From positions 17,852-81,851 of the forward strand of contig PBKD01000005.1 of NCBI GenBank assembly GCA_002722055.1: 64,000 nucleotides of DNA, in the 5' to 3' direction. A program made the translations under genes and the position numbers. Numbering within the stretch: position 1 is the first letter of the stretch; each line of letters opens with the position of its first letter. Positions 19,973 through 30,730 of the stretch are shown one piece after another. The notes under the pieces were generated by a model, which did no database searches, was not told the origin of the DNA, and saw nothing but the letters and a program-made list of their open reading frames with translations. The stretch comes from Rhodospirillaceae bacterium (GTDB taxonomy: Bacteria; Pseudomonadota; Alphaproteobacteria; SHVP01).

Positions 19973-22252
19973 TTGAAAATTATTAATAAGATACAATTTT
20001 TGCTATTTATAAATATGTTACTTATTTTTTTGTCCTGTGTTTTTTTATCAAACGTAAATGCACAAAGTAATTCCAATATTATTATAAAAGGTAATCAAAG
20101 GGTTGAGAAAGAAACAATAATCTCATATATGACTTTTAATTTACGCGATAGAGTGTCAAGAAGTGAAATAAATAACTCACTTAAGTCATTATACGCAACT
20201 GGTTTATTTAGAGATGTTCAAATCCAAAGAGACGGAAATACTATCATTATTTCAGTGATTGAAAATCCAATTATTAATGGAGTATTTTTTGAAGGTAACA
20301 AAAGATTAAAATCAGAAGATTTAAAAACTGAGGTTCAGTTATCACCCGGAAGCACATATACTAAATCTAAAGTAAGTGTTGATGTTCAAAGAATAATTCA
20401 GTTGTATAGGTTTAGTGGAAGATTTGGAGCTATAGTTGAACCAAAAATAATTAAATTAAAAGACAATAGAGTCAACTTAATTTTTGAAATACAAGAAGGC
20501 CCAATAACTAAAATTGAAAAAATTGATATTATAGGAAACTCTATTTTTTCTGATCAAAGACTTAGAAGAGAAATAGCAAGTAAAAGTAAATCTATTTTAA
20601 GACCATTAACATCTGCGGATAGGTATGATCCCGATAGATTATCATTAGATAAAGAGTTATTAAGAAAACTATATAATGAGAATGGATATATTGATTTTAG
20701 AGTTAACTCAGCTACAGGAGAACTTTCACTTGATAACTCTAGTTTTTATGTATTATTTTCAATTTTTGAAGGAAAAAAATACTCAATTAGAGATATCAAT
20801 TTTAAATCTAGTATTAAATCTTTAAACTTAGAGAATTTAAAAAGTGTAGTAACTATTAAAAAGGGATCTATATATAACTCTTCTTTATTAGAGAAATCAG
20901 TTAATAAAATTTCAGATGAACTTGGTAATCAGGGTTATGCATTTGTAAATGTTCAATCAGTACTGGATTTAGATAGAAGTTCTAATTTAGTGGATATTAC
21001 TCTAAATATATCAGAGTCATCAAAGGTCTACGTAGAAAGAATTAATATTAGAGGTAATGAGAGAACACTTGATAAAGTTATCAGAAGAGAATTTACATTT
21101 TCTGAAGGTGATCCATATAATTCTCAAAAAATTTCTGAGTCTGTAAATAAAATTAGAAATTTAGGAATTTTTGAAAAAGTTGATTTAGAAACAAATAGAG
21201 GTACTTCAAACGATAAAACAATTTTAGATTTAAAGATTCAGGAAAAATCTACAGGAGAATTAAGTCTAGGTATGGGAATATCTTCTTCAGATGGACCACT
21301 AGGTGATTTTTCAGTTAAAGAAAGAAATTTTCTAGGTAAAGGACAGAAACTTTCAACATCTCTAAGGTTATCATCTAAGACTCAAGAAATAGATTTATCA
21401 TTTACAGATCCATATTTTTTAGATAATAATTATTCTGCAGGTTTTGATTTATTCAGAAAATCTGCTGATCTTCAAGATACTAGTTCTTTTAATTCAAAAA
21501 CGGTCGGTTTTAGTTTGCGGGTGGGTTACCCATTAAGTGAAAAACTTAAAAGTAAATTATCATATACTCTTCGTAAAGATACAATAGCAGATTTTTCAAG
21601 TGATATCTCGTCTTTCATCAGATCGGAAAAGGGATCAAATTTAGAATCGTCAATTGGGTATGAATTATCTTATAATGAATTAAATAGTTTTATGTTCCCA
21701 ACTGAAGGTTATTTGTTCAGATTTTCCCAAACTTTTGCTGGCTTAGGTGGCGATAAAACTTTCATTAAAAATACTATCGATTATAGTTATTATAATGAAA
21801 TATGGGAAAATATAGTCACAAATATTGTATTTAACCAAGGGTATATTCATGGCTTAGGTGATGATGTAAGTATAGTTGATAGATTTTTTGTGGGTGGTTC
21901 TAACCTTAGAGGTTTTAAAAGTGGTGGGATTGGTCCCCGGGATGTTGTCACTGATGACTCTTTGGGAGGTAATATGTATTATTCTGGAACAGCACAAGTA
22001 AAATTTCCTTTGAGCAGAGATTCAGATTTGCCTGTAAAAGGTCTATTTTTTACTCAGATAGGTAGCTTGACAATGATTGATGTAAGCGGTAACAACCTAT
22101 CTGATATTGGTAGTCCAAGAGTTTCTGTAGGTATTGGTACATCCTGGCAGACTCCTGTAGGCCCTCTAAGAATAGATTATTCAGAAGCTGTCAAAAAACA
22201 AAGTTTTGATAAAACACAAAAAATATATTTTAGTTTTGGAACGAGGTTTTAA
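19973..22252 (+). CDS. bamA: Outer membrane protein assembly factor BamA
   Basis: POTRA repeats (GNQRV, GNERTLDKVIRRE), LRGF loop motif and C-terminal FSFGTRF; exact start uncertain. Confidence 0.96.
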   Translation: MKIINKIQFLLFINMLLIFLSCVFLSNVNAQSNSNIIIKGNQRVEKETIISYMTFNLRDRVSRSEINNSLKSLYATGLFRDVQIQRDGNTIIISVIENPIINGVFFEGNKRLKSEDLKTEVQLSPGSTYTKSKVSVDVQRIIQLYRFSGRFGAIVEPKIIKLKDNRVNLIFEIQEGPITKIEKIDIIGNSIFSDQRLRREIASKSKSILRPLTSADRYDPDRLSLDKELLRKLYNENGYIDFRVNSATGELSLDNSSFYVLFSIFEGKKYSIRDINFKSSIKSLNLENLKSVVTIKKGSIYNSSLLEKSVNKISDELGNQGYAFVNVQSVLDLDRSSNLVDITLNISESSKVYVERINIRGNERTLDKVIRREFTFSEGDPYNSQKISESVNKIRNLGIFEKVDLETNRGTSNDKTILDLKIQEKSTGELSLGMGISSSDGPLGDFSVKERNFLGKGQKLSTSLRLSSKTQEIDLSFTDPYFLDNNYSAGFDLFRKSADLQDTSSFNSKTVGFSLRVGYPLSEKLKSKLSYTLRKDTIADFSSDISSFIRSEKGSNLESSIGYELSYNELNSFMFPTEGYLFRFSQTFAGLGGDKTFIKNTIDYSYYNEIWENIVTNIVFNQGYIHGLGDDVSIVDRFFVGGSNLRGFKSGGIGPRDVVTDDSLGGNMYYSGTAQVKFPLSRDSDLPVKGLFFTQIGSLTMIDVSGNNLSDIGSPRVSVGIGTSWQTPVGPLRIDYSEAVKKQSFDKTQKIYFSFGTRF

Positions 22253-22813
22253 ATGAATAAAAGTTTAATTAGTAAAATTTTAATATTTTTTATTATTATT
22301 ATTATACCTTACAACGTTTTTGCTGAAAATTTTAAACCTGCAATTATTGGTATACTTGATATTCAAAGAATAAAAAAAGAGTCTAAAGCAATAATAAGTA
22401 TTAGAGATCAGATTACTGGTGAAAGACTGAAATATGAAAAAAAATTTCGCTCAAAAGAAGAAATCTTAAGAAAAGAAGAACAGGAAATTGCAAAACAAAG
22501 AACTGTTTTATCTGAAGAAGCATTTAAGAAGAAAAATAATGAATTTAGAAAAAAAGTACAGAGTTTACAAGAAAGAATGCAAAAAGCATCTCAGCTTCTT
22601 CAAAAAGCTGAGGCAGAAGCTATAAGAGAATTTAATAATAATTTACGGCCTATTTTAATTGAGTCGTCTAATGCGTTTTCTGTTAATGTAGTTCTTTTTG
22701 CTTCTCAAGTTGCTTTTGCACCCAGGAGCTTAGACCTTACATCGGATGTAATGAAAAGGTTAGATGCTGAACTTCCAGCTATTGAAGTTAAATTTCAAGA
22801 ATTGGTTAAGTAG
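22253..22813 (+). CDS. skp: OmpH/Skp family periplasmic chaperone
   Basis: Signal peptide, IGILDIQRI, coiled coil and [11 protein letters not shown] end; lies between bamA and lpxD. Confidence 0.88.
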   Translation: MNKSLISKILIFFIIIIIPYNVFAENFKPAIIGILDIQRIKKESKAIISIRDQITGERLKYEKKFRSKEEILRKEEQEIAKQRTVLSEEAFKKKNNEFRKKVQSLQERMQKASQLLQKAEAEAIREFNNNLRPILIESSNAFSVNVVLFASQVAFAPRSLDLTSDVMKRLDAELPAIEVKFQELVK

Positions 22814-22814
22814 T

Positions 22815-23840
22815 TTGGCAGATCCAAGATTTTTTAAAAATGTTGGCCCATTTTCTCTTAATGAAATTTTAAGCCATTGTAATATATATAATAATGAATT
22901 AGACGGTGATTTAATTATAGATGATGTTTCCTACTTGGGTGCATCTTCAAAAGGAAAAATTTCATTTATGGATGACAGCTCTTTAATTAATGATTTAAAA
23001 AAAACAAAAACAGAATTCTGTTTTATTTCAAATGAATATATTACTTATGCTCCAAAATCAATTAGTTTAGTAATTTGTGACCAACCAAGATCTGCATATG
23101 CTTTGGCAGCACAGAAATTTTACCCTGATGTTTCAGATGTAAGTATGATATATAAAAATTCTTCATCCAAAAAAAATCTAGATATTCATAATACCTGTAA
23201 AATTTCTGATAGTACATATATTTCAGAAGGTGTTAAAATAGGAAAAAACTCTATAATCGGACCTAACACTGTTATAGGAAAGGGAGTAATAATAGGTAAT
23301 AATTGTTCTATTCATTCAAATACAACAATTACACATTGTTTAATTGGTAATAATGTTGAAATATTACCTGGAACCAGAATAGGCCAAGATGGCTTTGGTT
23401 TTATCCCAAATAAAGAAAAACATATAAAAATTCCTCAGCTTGGGAGAGTTTTAATTGGTGATAATGTAAATATTGGATCAAATTGTACTATTGATAGAGG
23501 TGCTGGTCCAGATACAGTTATTGGTAATGGTTGTTTTTTAGATAACCTTGTTCATATTGCTCATAATGTAATTTTAGGTTCTGGCTGTATAATTGCTGGT
23601 CAAGTTGGAATTGCTGGAAGTACAATTCTTGGTGATTATGTTATGATAGCTGGACAAGGAGGGATATCCGGTCATTTAAAAATTGGAAGTGGAACTAAAT
23701 TTGCTGTTAAATCAGGTGTAATTAATGATATACCTCCAGGAGGAACATATGGCGGTTTTCCTGCAGTTCCTATTAGAGATTGGCATAGACAAACATTAAC
23801 TATAAAAAATATTTCAAAAATAAATAGAGGTAAAAAATGA
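22815..23840 (+). CDS. lpxD: UDP-3-O-acylglucosamine N-acyltransferase
   Basis: TTG start gives MADPRFF; motifs [20 protein letters not shown] and [11 protein letters not shown]; hexapeptide repeats. Confidence 0.96.
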   Translation: MADPRFFKNVGPFSLNEILSHCNIYNNELDGDLIIDDVSYLGASSKGKISFMDDSSLINDLKKTKTEFCFISNEYITYAPKSISLVICDQPRSAYALAAQKFYPDVSDVSMIYKNSSSKKNLDIHNTCKISDSTYISEGVKIGKNSIIGPNTVIGKGVIIGNNCSIHSNTTITHCLIGNNVEILPGTRIGQDGFGFIPNKEKHIKIPQLGRVLIGDNVNIGSNCTIDRGAGPDTVIGNGCFLDNLVHIAHNVILGSGCIIAGQVGIAGSTILGDYVMIAGQGGISGHLKIGSGTKFAVKSGVINDIPPGGTYGGFPAVPIRDWHRQTLTIKNISKINRGKK

Positions 23841-24334
23841 CAGATACGAATATTAAACAAAATTCTAGTTTAATTTTACCTTCCGTTGATATTAATAGAA
23901 TTATGGAAATGATACCTCACAGATATCCTATGTTAATGATCGATCAAGTTACAAAAATGATTCCAGATAAAAGTGCAACTGGAATTAAAAATGTGAGTAT
24001 AAATGAACCACAATTTCAAGGCCATTTCCCTAATCATCCAATAATGCCAGGAGTTATGTTGGTTGAATCAATGGCGCAGACAGCCGCTGTTTTGGTTGTA
24101 CATACTCTAGGCCCTGAAGCTGAGGGTAAGTTAGTGTATTTTATGTCAATTGATGGTGCCAGGTTTAGAAAACCAGTAGTACCTGGGGATACATTGTATG
24201 TTAATGTTGAAAAATTAAGAAGTAGGGAGTTAGTATGGAAATTTAATGGTAAAGTCTTAGTTGAAAAAAAACTTGTTGCTGAAGCAGATTTTACTGCAAT
24301 GGTGGTAGATAGAGAAAATGAACAAAATCCATAA
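23837..24334 (+). CDS. fabZ: 3-hydroxyacyl-ACP dehydratase
   Basis: Motifs IPHRYPML and [22 protein letters not shown]. Confidence 0.97.
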   Translation: MTDTNIKQNSSLILPSVDINRIMEMIPHRYPMLMIDQVTKMIPDKSATGIKNVSINEPQFQGHFPNHPIMPGVMLVESMAQTAAVLVVHTLGPEAEGKLVYFMSIDGARFRKPVVPGDTLYVNVEKLRSRELVWKFNGKVLVEKKLVAEADFTAMVVDRENEQNP

Positions 24335-25118
24335 TACAGCAATAATTGATTCAAATTCTCTGATTGACAACTCTGTTTCTATAGGACCTTTTTGTGTAAT
24401 TGGACCAAATGTAAAAATTGAAAAAAATGTTAAAATAAGGTCAAATGTAGTTATTGATGGCTATACAGTTATTGGTGAAGGAACTGAAATTTTTCCATTT
24501 GCTTCTATAGGTTTACCACCACAAGATTTAAAATATAGAGGTGAGAAGTCAAAACTTAATATTGGGAAAGAATCAATAATTAGAGAATATGTTACTATTA
24601 ATCCAGGAACAGAGGGAGGTGGTATGTTAACTATAACAGGCAATAAATGTCTGTTTATGGCTAGTTCTCATGTTGCTCATGACTGTAAAGTTGGAGATAA
24701 TGTAATTTTAGCTAATAATGCTACTCTTGGGGGGCATGTAGAGGTGGGCGATTATGCATTTGTTGCAGGTCTAGCTGCTGTTCATCAATTTGTAAGAATT
24801 GGAGCCCACTCAATGGTTGGTGGAATGTCAGGCGTTGAAAATGATGTAATTCCGTATGGAACTGTTACTGGAAATAGAGCAAGCTTATCAGGTTTAAATC
24901 TTATTGGTTTAAAGAGAAGAGGTTTTAATAGAGAAGATATTAACGGTTTGAGGCAAGCTTATAGAATGCTTTTTGCTCCAGAGGGTACTCTTCAGGAAAG
25001 AATAGAAGATGTTGCTCGTTTATATTCAAATAATTCTCTTGTACTTGACATTGTAAATTTTGTACAAAAAGACTCATCACGAAGAATTTGTCAACCTAGG
25101 ATAGAAAGTATTGAGTAG
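24318..25118 (+). CDS. lpxA: UDP-N-acetylglucosamine acyltransferase
   Basis: Motifs IHNTAII, PQDLKY, HVAHDC and VHQFVRIG. Confidence 0.97.
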   Translation: MNKIHNTAIIDSNSLIDNSVSIGPFCVIGPNVKIEKNVKIRSNVVIDGYTVIGEGTEIFPFASIGLPPQDLKYRGEKSKLNIGKESIIREYVTINPGTEGGGMLTITGNKCLFMASSHVAHDCKVGDNVILANNATLGGHVEVGDYAFVAGLAAVHQFVRIGAHSMVGGMSGVENDVIPYGTVTGNRASLSGLNLIGLKRRGFNREDINGLRQAYRMLFAPEGTLQERIEDVARLYSNNSLVLDIVNFVQKDSSRRICQPRIESIE

Positions 25119-25914
25119 AATAGCAATAATTGCGGGCAATGGTATTTTACCAAAACTAGTTTATTTTGAATGTAAAAAACAAAAAAAAGAACCTTTACTA
25201 ATTGGTCTTAAGGGTATTGATGAAAATATTTACCTAAATGGTATTGTCTCAAAAAAATTTCATTATGGTAAAGTTGGTAAAATACTTGAATATATAAAAA
25301 TTAATGATTGTAGAGATATTATTTTAGTAGGTGCCTTCAAAAGGCCAACCCTAAAATCTATTTCTGGTATAGATTTAAAGGGTGCAGCTTTAATTTCTAA
25401 AATAATAAAATCAAAAGGGGACAATAATTCTCTTGAAATACTCATAGATTTTTTAAAAAAAGAAAACCTTAATGTTCTTGGTGTTAAAGATATATTACCA
25501 TCCTTATTTGTAAAAAAAGGTTTGCTAACCGTCAGTAAAGTATCTAAACAGCAAAATGAAGGGATACTAATTGCTCGAGATCTAATTGATAGTATCTCTA
25601 AGTATGATATTGGACAGTCAGTTATAATTTCTGCAAATAGAGTTCTAGGAGTCGAAGGTCCTGAAGGCACTGATTCTTTAATTAAAAGATGTAGTCAAAT
25701 GTCATACGAAGAAAAACCAATATTAGTAAAAATACCTAAATTACACCAGGATATTAGAGTTGATTTACCCACAATAGGTTTGAATACAATAGAATTGCTA
25801 ATTTCCTCAGGTTTTTCTGGCTTAGCAATTAAATCAGAACTAACAATAATTTTGGAAAAAAATAAAGTAATAAGTTTAGCAAATAAGAATAATTTATTTA
25901 TTGTATCTATATAA
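25111..25914 (+). CDS. lpxI: UDP-2,3-diacylglucosamine diphosphatase LpxI
   Basis: Motifs [27 protein letters not shown] and [11 protein letters not shown]; lies between lpxA and lpxB. Confidence 0.92.
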   Translation: MSRIAIIAGNGILPKLVYFECKKQKKEPLLIGLKGIDENIYLNGIVSKKFHYGKVGKILEYIKINDCRDIILVGAFKRPTLKSISGIDLKGAALISKIIKSKGDNNSLEILIDFLKKENLNVLGVKDILPSLFVKKGLLTVSKVSKQQNEGILIARDLIDSISKYDIGQSVIISANRVLGVEGPEGTDSLIKRCSQMSYEEKPILVKIPKLHQDIRVDLPTIGLNTIELLISSGFSGLAIKSELTIILEKNKVISLANKNNLFIVSI

Positions 25915-25930
25915 TTTTTGGTTAATTTAG

Positions 25931-27109
25931 ATGTTAAAGATAATAATTATAGCTGGTGAGCATTCAGGTGATATTCTTGGATCTAAAGTTATGGCTTCAA
26001 TTAAAAAATTTTATCAGGGTAAAATTTTTTTTGAGGGCGTTGGCGGACCACTCATGCATAAAGAGGGTTTGTGTAAAAATTTAATACCATTTCAAGATTT
26101 ATCTGTGATGGGTATAGTTGAAATAATTCCAAAATTAACAAGGTTAATATCTCATCTTAGCTATTTAAGAAAATATATTATTTCAAGCAAACCTGATATT
26201 TTAATTACAATTGACTCACCAGATTTTAATTTTAGAATTGTTTCTAAACTTAAAAAATATAAATTTTCAAAAATACATTTTGTTGCTCCTTCTGTTTGGG
26301 CATGGCGACCAGGAAGAGCTAAAAAAATATCAAAATACTATGATCATTTATTCACACTACTACCGTTCGAGCCTAAATTTTTTATAAAACATGGTCTGTC
26401 ATCATCTTATATTGGAAATCCAGTTATTGAATCCTTTAAAGAAGGAAATCAAAATTTTTTATCAAAACAAATGAACTTGAAATTAGACGATAAGATTCTT
26501 TTAGTTCTACCAGGTAGTAGATTAAATGAATTAAAAAGAATGTTGCCTGTTTATATTCATACTTCAATTATAATGATGAAGAAAATTGATAATCTTAAGG
26601 TTATATATATGGTCCCTGAAGAGTATATGAATATGACTAAAAAATATTTAAAAAATTTAAATTCTATATCCAATGATTTACCAAAAGTTTTTTCAGCAAA
26701 AGATAAGTATGATATTTTTCCTAGTGTAGATATTGCCTTAGCTACATCAGGAACAGTTTCATTAGAATTAGCAATATCTAAAATCCCTTCTGTTATAGGT
26801 TATAAAATGTCTTTTTTTACATATTTTATTTTAAAATTATTAGTAAGAACAGAATGGATAAGTTTACCAAATATCATTCTTAATAAATTAATTTACCCTG
26901 AGTTTATTCAAAATAAATGCACTAGTAACAATTTATATGAAGCAGTTTCTAGTTTATTACTAGACGAACAAAAATATCAACGTCAAATTAATGAAATATC
27001 AAAAGTTAAAAAAGAACTTTTAGTTGAAGACAATCTTCTTGATGAATATGTTCCTTCAATTATAGTAAATGAAAAATCTAAATATATAGTAAATGAAAAA
27101 TCTAAATAA
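25931..27109 (+). CDS. lpxB: Lipid-A-disaccharide synthase
   Basis: Motifs IAGEHSGD, IDSPDFN, VAPSVWAWRPGRA, LPGSR and ATSGTVSLE. Confidence 0.96.
   Translation: MLKIIIIAGEHSGDILGSKVMASIKKFYQGKIFFEGVGGPLMHKEGLCKNLIPFQDLSVMGIVEIIPKLTRLISHLSYLRKYIISSKPDILITIDSPDFNFRIVSKLKKYKFSKIHFVAPSVWAWRPGRAKKISKYYDHLFTLLPFEPKFFIKHGLSSSYIGNPVIESFKEGNQNFLSKQMNLKLDDKILLVLPGSRLNELKRMLPVYIHTSIIMMKKIDNLKVIYMVPEEYMNMTKKYLKNLNSISNDLPKVFSAKDKYDIFPSVDIALATSGTVSLELAISKIPSVIGYKMSFFTYFILKLLVRTEWISLPNIILNKLIYPEFIQNKCTSNNLYEAVSSLLLDEQKYQRQINEISKVKKELLVEDNLLDEYVPSIIVNEKSKYIVNEKSK
27061..27108 (+). repeat. Perfect 24-bp tandem duplication at the lpxB 3' end
   Basis: TATAGTAAATGAAAAATCTAAATA x2, giving IVNEKSKY-IVNEKSK-stop. 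Confidence 0.92.
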
Positions 27110-27126
27110 ATTTCTTAAATATTAAT

Positions 27127-28440
27127 CTAACGCTCTGAAATATTTAGATATTTCCTTTGCTTTGATCCAGTATATAGTTGTCTTGGTCTACCAATTTTTT
27201 GATTTGGGTCTTCAATCATTTCAGTCCAGTGTGCTATCCAACCAACTGTTCTTGCTAAAGCAAAAAGAACTGTAAACATACTGCTTGGAAAACCCATTGC
27301 TTTAAGTATAATTCCTGAATAGAAGTCGACGTTAGGGAATAATTTTCTATCTTGGAAATAACTATCATTTAAAGCTATTTCCTCTAACTTAAGTGCTAAT
27401 TCTAAAAATGGTTCATTCTCAACTCCTAGAGAGTTTAATACTTCATGAGCACTTGCTTTAAGGGCTGCAGCTCTAGGGTCATAATTTTTATAAACTCTAT
27501 GTCCAAAACCCATTAACCTAAATGGATCATTTTTATCTTTAGCTTTATTTATATATTCTTTTATATTTTCAACAGAACCTATTTCATTTAGCATTTTTAA
27601 AACTGCTTCATTGGCTCCACCATGAGCCGGCCCCCACAAGCTAGCTATACCTGCTGCAATACATGCAAATGGGTTTGCGCCAGATGATCCCGCTAATCTT
27701 ACTGTTGATGTTGATGCATTTTGCTCATGATCAGCATGCAAAATAAATATTCTTGACATAGCTTTAGTTAGTATATCATTTTGTTCAAAGTCTTCACCAG
27801 GTACTGAAAACATCATATGAAGAAAATTTGAGACATAATCAAGTTTATTGCTTGGGTAAATAAATGGTTGTCCCACAGAAAATTTATATGCCATCGCAGA
27901 GATGGTAGGCATTTTAGCAACTAATCTGTTAGCCGATATTACACGGTGCTGAGGATCATCTATATCAAGACTATCATGGTAAAAAGCAGATAATGCTCCA
28001 ACAACACCACACATAACAGCCATAGGGTGTGCGGCTCTCCTAAAACCCTTGAAGAAATCAGTCATTTGGTCATGAATCATTGTATGGTATGTAATAGTTT
28101 TTTTGAAACTATCTAATTCATTTTTTTGTGGTAGTTCTCCATTTAACAATAAATAACATACCTCTAGATAGTCTCCATTTTCAGCTAATTCTTCAATACT
28201 ATATCCTCTATGGAGGAGAACCCCCTCGTCACCATCTATAAAAGTTATTTGTGACTCGCAACTTGCTGTTGATGTAAAACCTGAGTCAAATGTGAATTTT
28301 CCTGTATCTTTATATAAAGACCTAATATCAATTACATCTGGCCCTAATGAACCCTTTACTAATGGAAGTTTTATACTAAAACCGTCACCAGAAAGTTCAG
28401 CACTAACATTATTTTCTTTAGAACTTTTTTTCTCAGACAT
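27127..28440 (-). CDS. gltA: Citrate synthase (type II)
   Basis: Motifs [34 protein letters not shown] and PNVDFYSG; ATG 28440 follows GGGAAA (ORF track starts at 28455). Confidence 0.97.
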   Translation of the reverse strand: MSEKKSSKENNVSAELSGDGFSIKLPLVKGSLGPDVIDIRSLYKDTGKFTFDSGFTSTASCESQITFIDGDEGVLLHRGYSIEELAENGDYLEVCYLLLNGELPQKNELDSFKKTITYHTMIHDQMTDFFKGFRRAAHPMAVMCGVVGALSAFYHDSLDIDDPQHRVISANRLVAKMPTISAMAYKFSVGQPFIYPSNKLDYVSNFLHMMFSVPGEDFEQNDILTKAMSRIFILHADHEQNASTSTVRLAGSSGANPFACIAAGIASLWGPAHGGANEAVLKMLNEIGSVENIKEYINKAKDKNDPFRLMGFGHRVYKNYDPRAAALKASAHEVLNSLGVENEPFLELALKLEEIALNDSYFQDRKLFPNVDFYSGIILKAMGFPSSMFTVLFALARTVGWIAHWTEMIEDPNQKIGRPRQLYTGSKQRKYLNISER

Positions 28441-28563
28441 AATTAATTTCCCCATAAATTTTTTTTATTATATTTTATTTCCATCTAAATATATATTTTG
28501 ATATCTTTCTTTTAAATAATATATCTACAAAATTATGTAAGTATCTGTAAATATTGAATTATT

Positions 28564-29964
28564 TTACAAATAATATTTTTCTATACGTTTTATAGTATCT
28601 TTTTGACCAAGAATAAACATAATTTTAAAGATATTAGGTGAATTTTTACTTCCTGTAATGCATGCCCTTAAGGGCATGGCTATATCCTTTAAACTCAAAG
28701 AATTATTTTTAGCAAATGATTTAGCAGAATTTTCTATATTGTTAACATTCCAATCATTAATCTCTTTAAGTTGTATTATGTAATTAATTATATTTTTTTT
28801 ATTTGAATTTTTAATTATTTTTATTGTATCATTATTTAAATTTATAATTTTATTAAAAATAAATTTTGAATTATAAAATATATCATTTATATTATCATGT
28901 CTTTCAATTATATCACTCAATAAATACTCTAATTTAAATAAGTTATCTTTAATTATTTTTTCTCCATATTTCTTTTCAAGCAAATTATAAATACAGCTTA
29001 ATATTTTATCTTGTGGAGTATTTTTTAAATAATAACTATTTATATTTTTTAATTTTTTTAAATCAAACCTTGAGGGTGCTTTTCTGATATTTTCAATTGA
29101 AAAAATATTTATTGCATCATTTTCTGATATAATTTCATCATCGCCATTTGACCACCCCAGGCGTAAAAGATAATTTTTCATAGCTTGAGGTAATATTCCC
29201 ATATTCTTATATTCATCTACTCCTACAGCATTATTTCTTTTAGAGAGTTTTTTTCCATCTGAATCATGTATAAGTGGAATATGTGCAAAATTAGGTACTT
29301 TCCATCCTAGAGATCTAAATATGTTTATTTGTCTAATAGCATTATTAAGGTGATCATCACCTCTAATTATATGAGAAATATTCATATCGTAATCATCAAC
29401 AACAACTGATAAAGTATAAGTGGGAGTTCCGTCAGACCTTAAAAGTATCATGTCATCAAGTTGGTTATTATTAACTACTACTTTTCCTTGCACAAGATCG
29501 TTTAAAATTGTTTGGCCAACTTGAGGAGATTTAAATCTAACAACTGGTTTGATTTTCTTATCTTCTGCTTTTGGTATCCTATCTCTCCATAAACCATTAT
29601 ATGATTTAATTAAACCCTTTTCTCTAGATTCTTTTTTCATTCTTTGTAATTCAATTTCACTAGCATAGCAGTAATATGCACAATTAATTTCAAGAAGGTA
29701 ATCAATAATTTGTTTATATCTATTTATATTTTGTGATTGAAAAATAACTTGTTTTTCCCAATTTAATTCCAACCATTTAAGTCCATCAAATATTGCGTTT
29801 ATAGCCTCTGTTGTTGAACGTAATTTATCTGTATCTTCAATTCTAAGGTAAAACTTACCATTTTTATTCATGGCGTAAAGCCAATTAAAAAGAGCAGTCC
29901 TAGCCCCACCTATGTGCAAGGTTCCAGTTGGTGACGGGGCAAATCGAGTTCTTACTTCAGACAT
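28564..29964 (-). CDS. gltX: Glutamate--tRNA ligase
   Basis: Motifs RFAPSPTGTLHIGG, RIEDTD, IIRGDDH and KLSKR. Confidence 0.97.
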   Translation of the reverse strand: MSEVRTRFAPSPTGTLHIGGARTALFNWLYAMNKNGKFYLRIEDTDKLRSTTEAINAIFDGLKWLELNWEKQVIFQSQNINRYKQIIDYLLEINCAYYCYASEIELQRMKKESREKGLIKSYNGLWRDRIPKAEDKKIKPVVRFKSPQVGQTILNDLVQGKVVVNNNQLDDMILLRSDGTPTYTLSVVVDDYDMNISHIIRGDDHLNNAIRQINIFRSLGWKVPNFAHIPLIHDSDGKKLSKRNNAVGVDEYKNMGILPQAMKNYLLRLGWSNGDDEIISENDAINIFSIENIRKAPSRFDLKKLKNINSYYLKNTPQDKILSCIYNLLEKKYGEKIIKDNLFKLEYLLSDIIERHDNINDIFYNSKFIFNKIINLNNDTIKIIKNSNKKNIINYIIQLKEINDWNVNNIENSAKSFAKNNSLSLKDIAMPLRACITGSKNSPNIFKIMFILGQKDTIKRIEKYYL

Positions 29965-30008
29965 ATCAAATACATATAAAAATTAAGCTATATATTTTCT
30001 ATACGTAT

Positions 30009-30647
30009 TTATATATATAGTCTATATATTGCTGCTAATATTCCCTGTATTTTTACTCTATTGGGGGCAAATACTTTTATTTCATAGTTTTCATTTGCAG
30101 GTTCGAGTGTTACAGATTTTTCGTCAGATTTAAATTTTTTTAATGTTGTCTCATGATCATCTATTAGTGCTACAACAACTGAACCATTATTTGCAAAATT
30201 AACTGATTTAATTATTGCTATATCGTTATCTAGTATCCCTAAGTCAACCATAGAATCACCTTCAACTCTTAATGCAAAATACTGAAATCTTGGGTTAATC
30301 ATAGTTTTTGGTATATCAATTACTTCAGTATCATTATTTATAGCTTCAATTGCTGTTCCAGCTGCTATTTTTCCTACAAAAGGTATTGATATCAAATCTG
30401 TAGAGAAATATTTAGTTTTATGATTATCTAAATTATTAGGCAATTTAACTACTTCTAATGCTCTTGCTTTGTGAGGCAATCTTCTAATAAAACCTCTTTC
30501 CTCTAAGCCTGATATTAGTCTATGAATACCAGATTTGGATTTTAAATTAAGAGCTAGCTTCATCTCTTCAAAAGATGGTGAAACACCTTTCTCTTCTAAT
30601 ACTTTTGATATATATAATAGTATCTCTGATTGTTTTTTAGTAAGCAT
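30009..30647 (-). CDS. lexA: SOS repressor LexA
   Basis: Alpha-type HTH SPSFEEMK..LNLKSKSGIHRL, Ala-Gly cleavage site IAAG, GDSM and TLKK. Confidence 0.97.
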   Translation of the reverse strand: MLTKKQSEILLYISKVLEEKGVSPSFEEMKLALNLKSKSGIHRLISGLEERGFIRRLPHKARALEVVKLPNNLDNHKTKYFSTDLISIPFVGKIAAGTAIEAINNDTEVIDIPKTMINPRFQYFALRVEGDSMVDLGILDNDIAIIKSVNFANNGSVVVALIDDHETTLKKFKSDEKSVTLEPANENYEIKVFAPNRVKIQGILAAIYRLYI

Positions 30648-30655
30648 AATTATCC

Positions 30656-30693
30656 GAACAAAAATAGAACATTTGAATGTTCTATCATTGTTC
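30656..30693. promoter_or_regulatory. Two alphaproteobacterial LexA (SOS) boxes in opposite orientation
   Basis: GAAC-N7-GAAC at 30656-30670 and GTTC-N7-GTTC at 30679-30693, both exact, immediately upstream of lexA. Confidence 0.9.
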
Positions 30694-30707
30694 TCTTTGA
30701 ATGTAAA
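30679..30707 (-). promoter_or_regulatory. Candidate lexA promoter
   Basis: Minus strand TTTACA-17bp-TAGAAC, overlapped by the distal SOS box. Confidence 0.55.
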
Positions 30708-30730
30708 TAATAAATTATAAAAATTTATAT

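Noticed and set aside
22764-22814. Long N-terminal overlap of lpxD with skp in the ORF track (similarly for birA and trkH)
   Set aside because: An artefact of choosing the first possible start; downstream starts give conventional N-termini.
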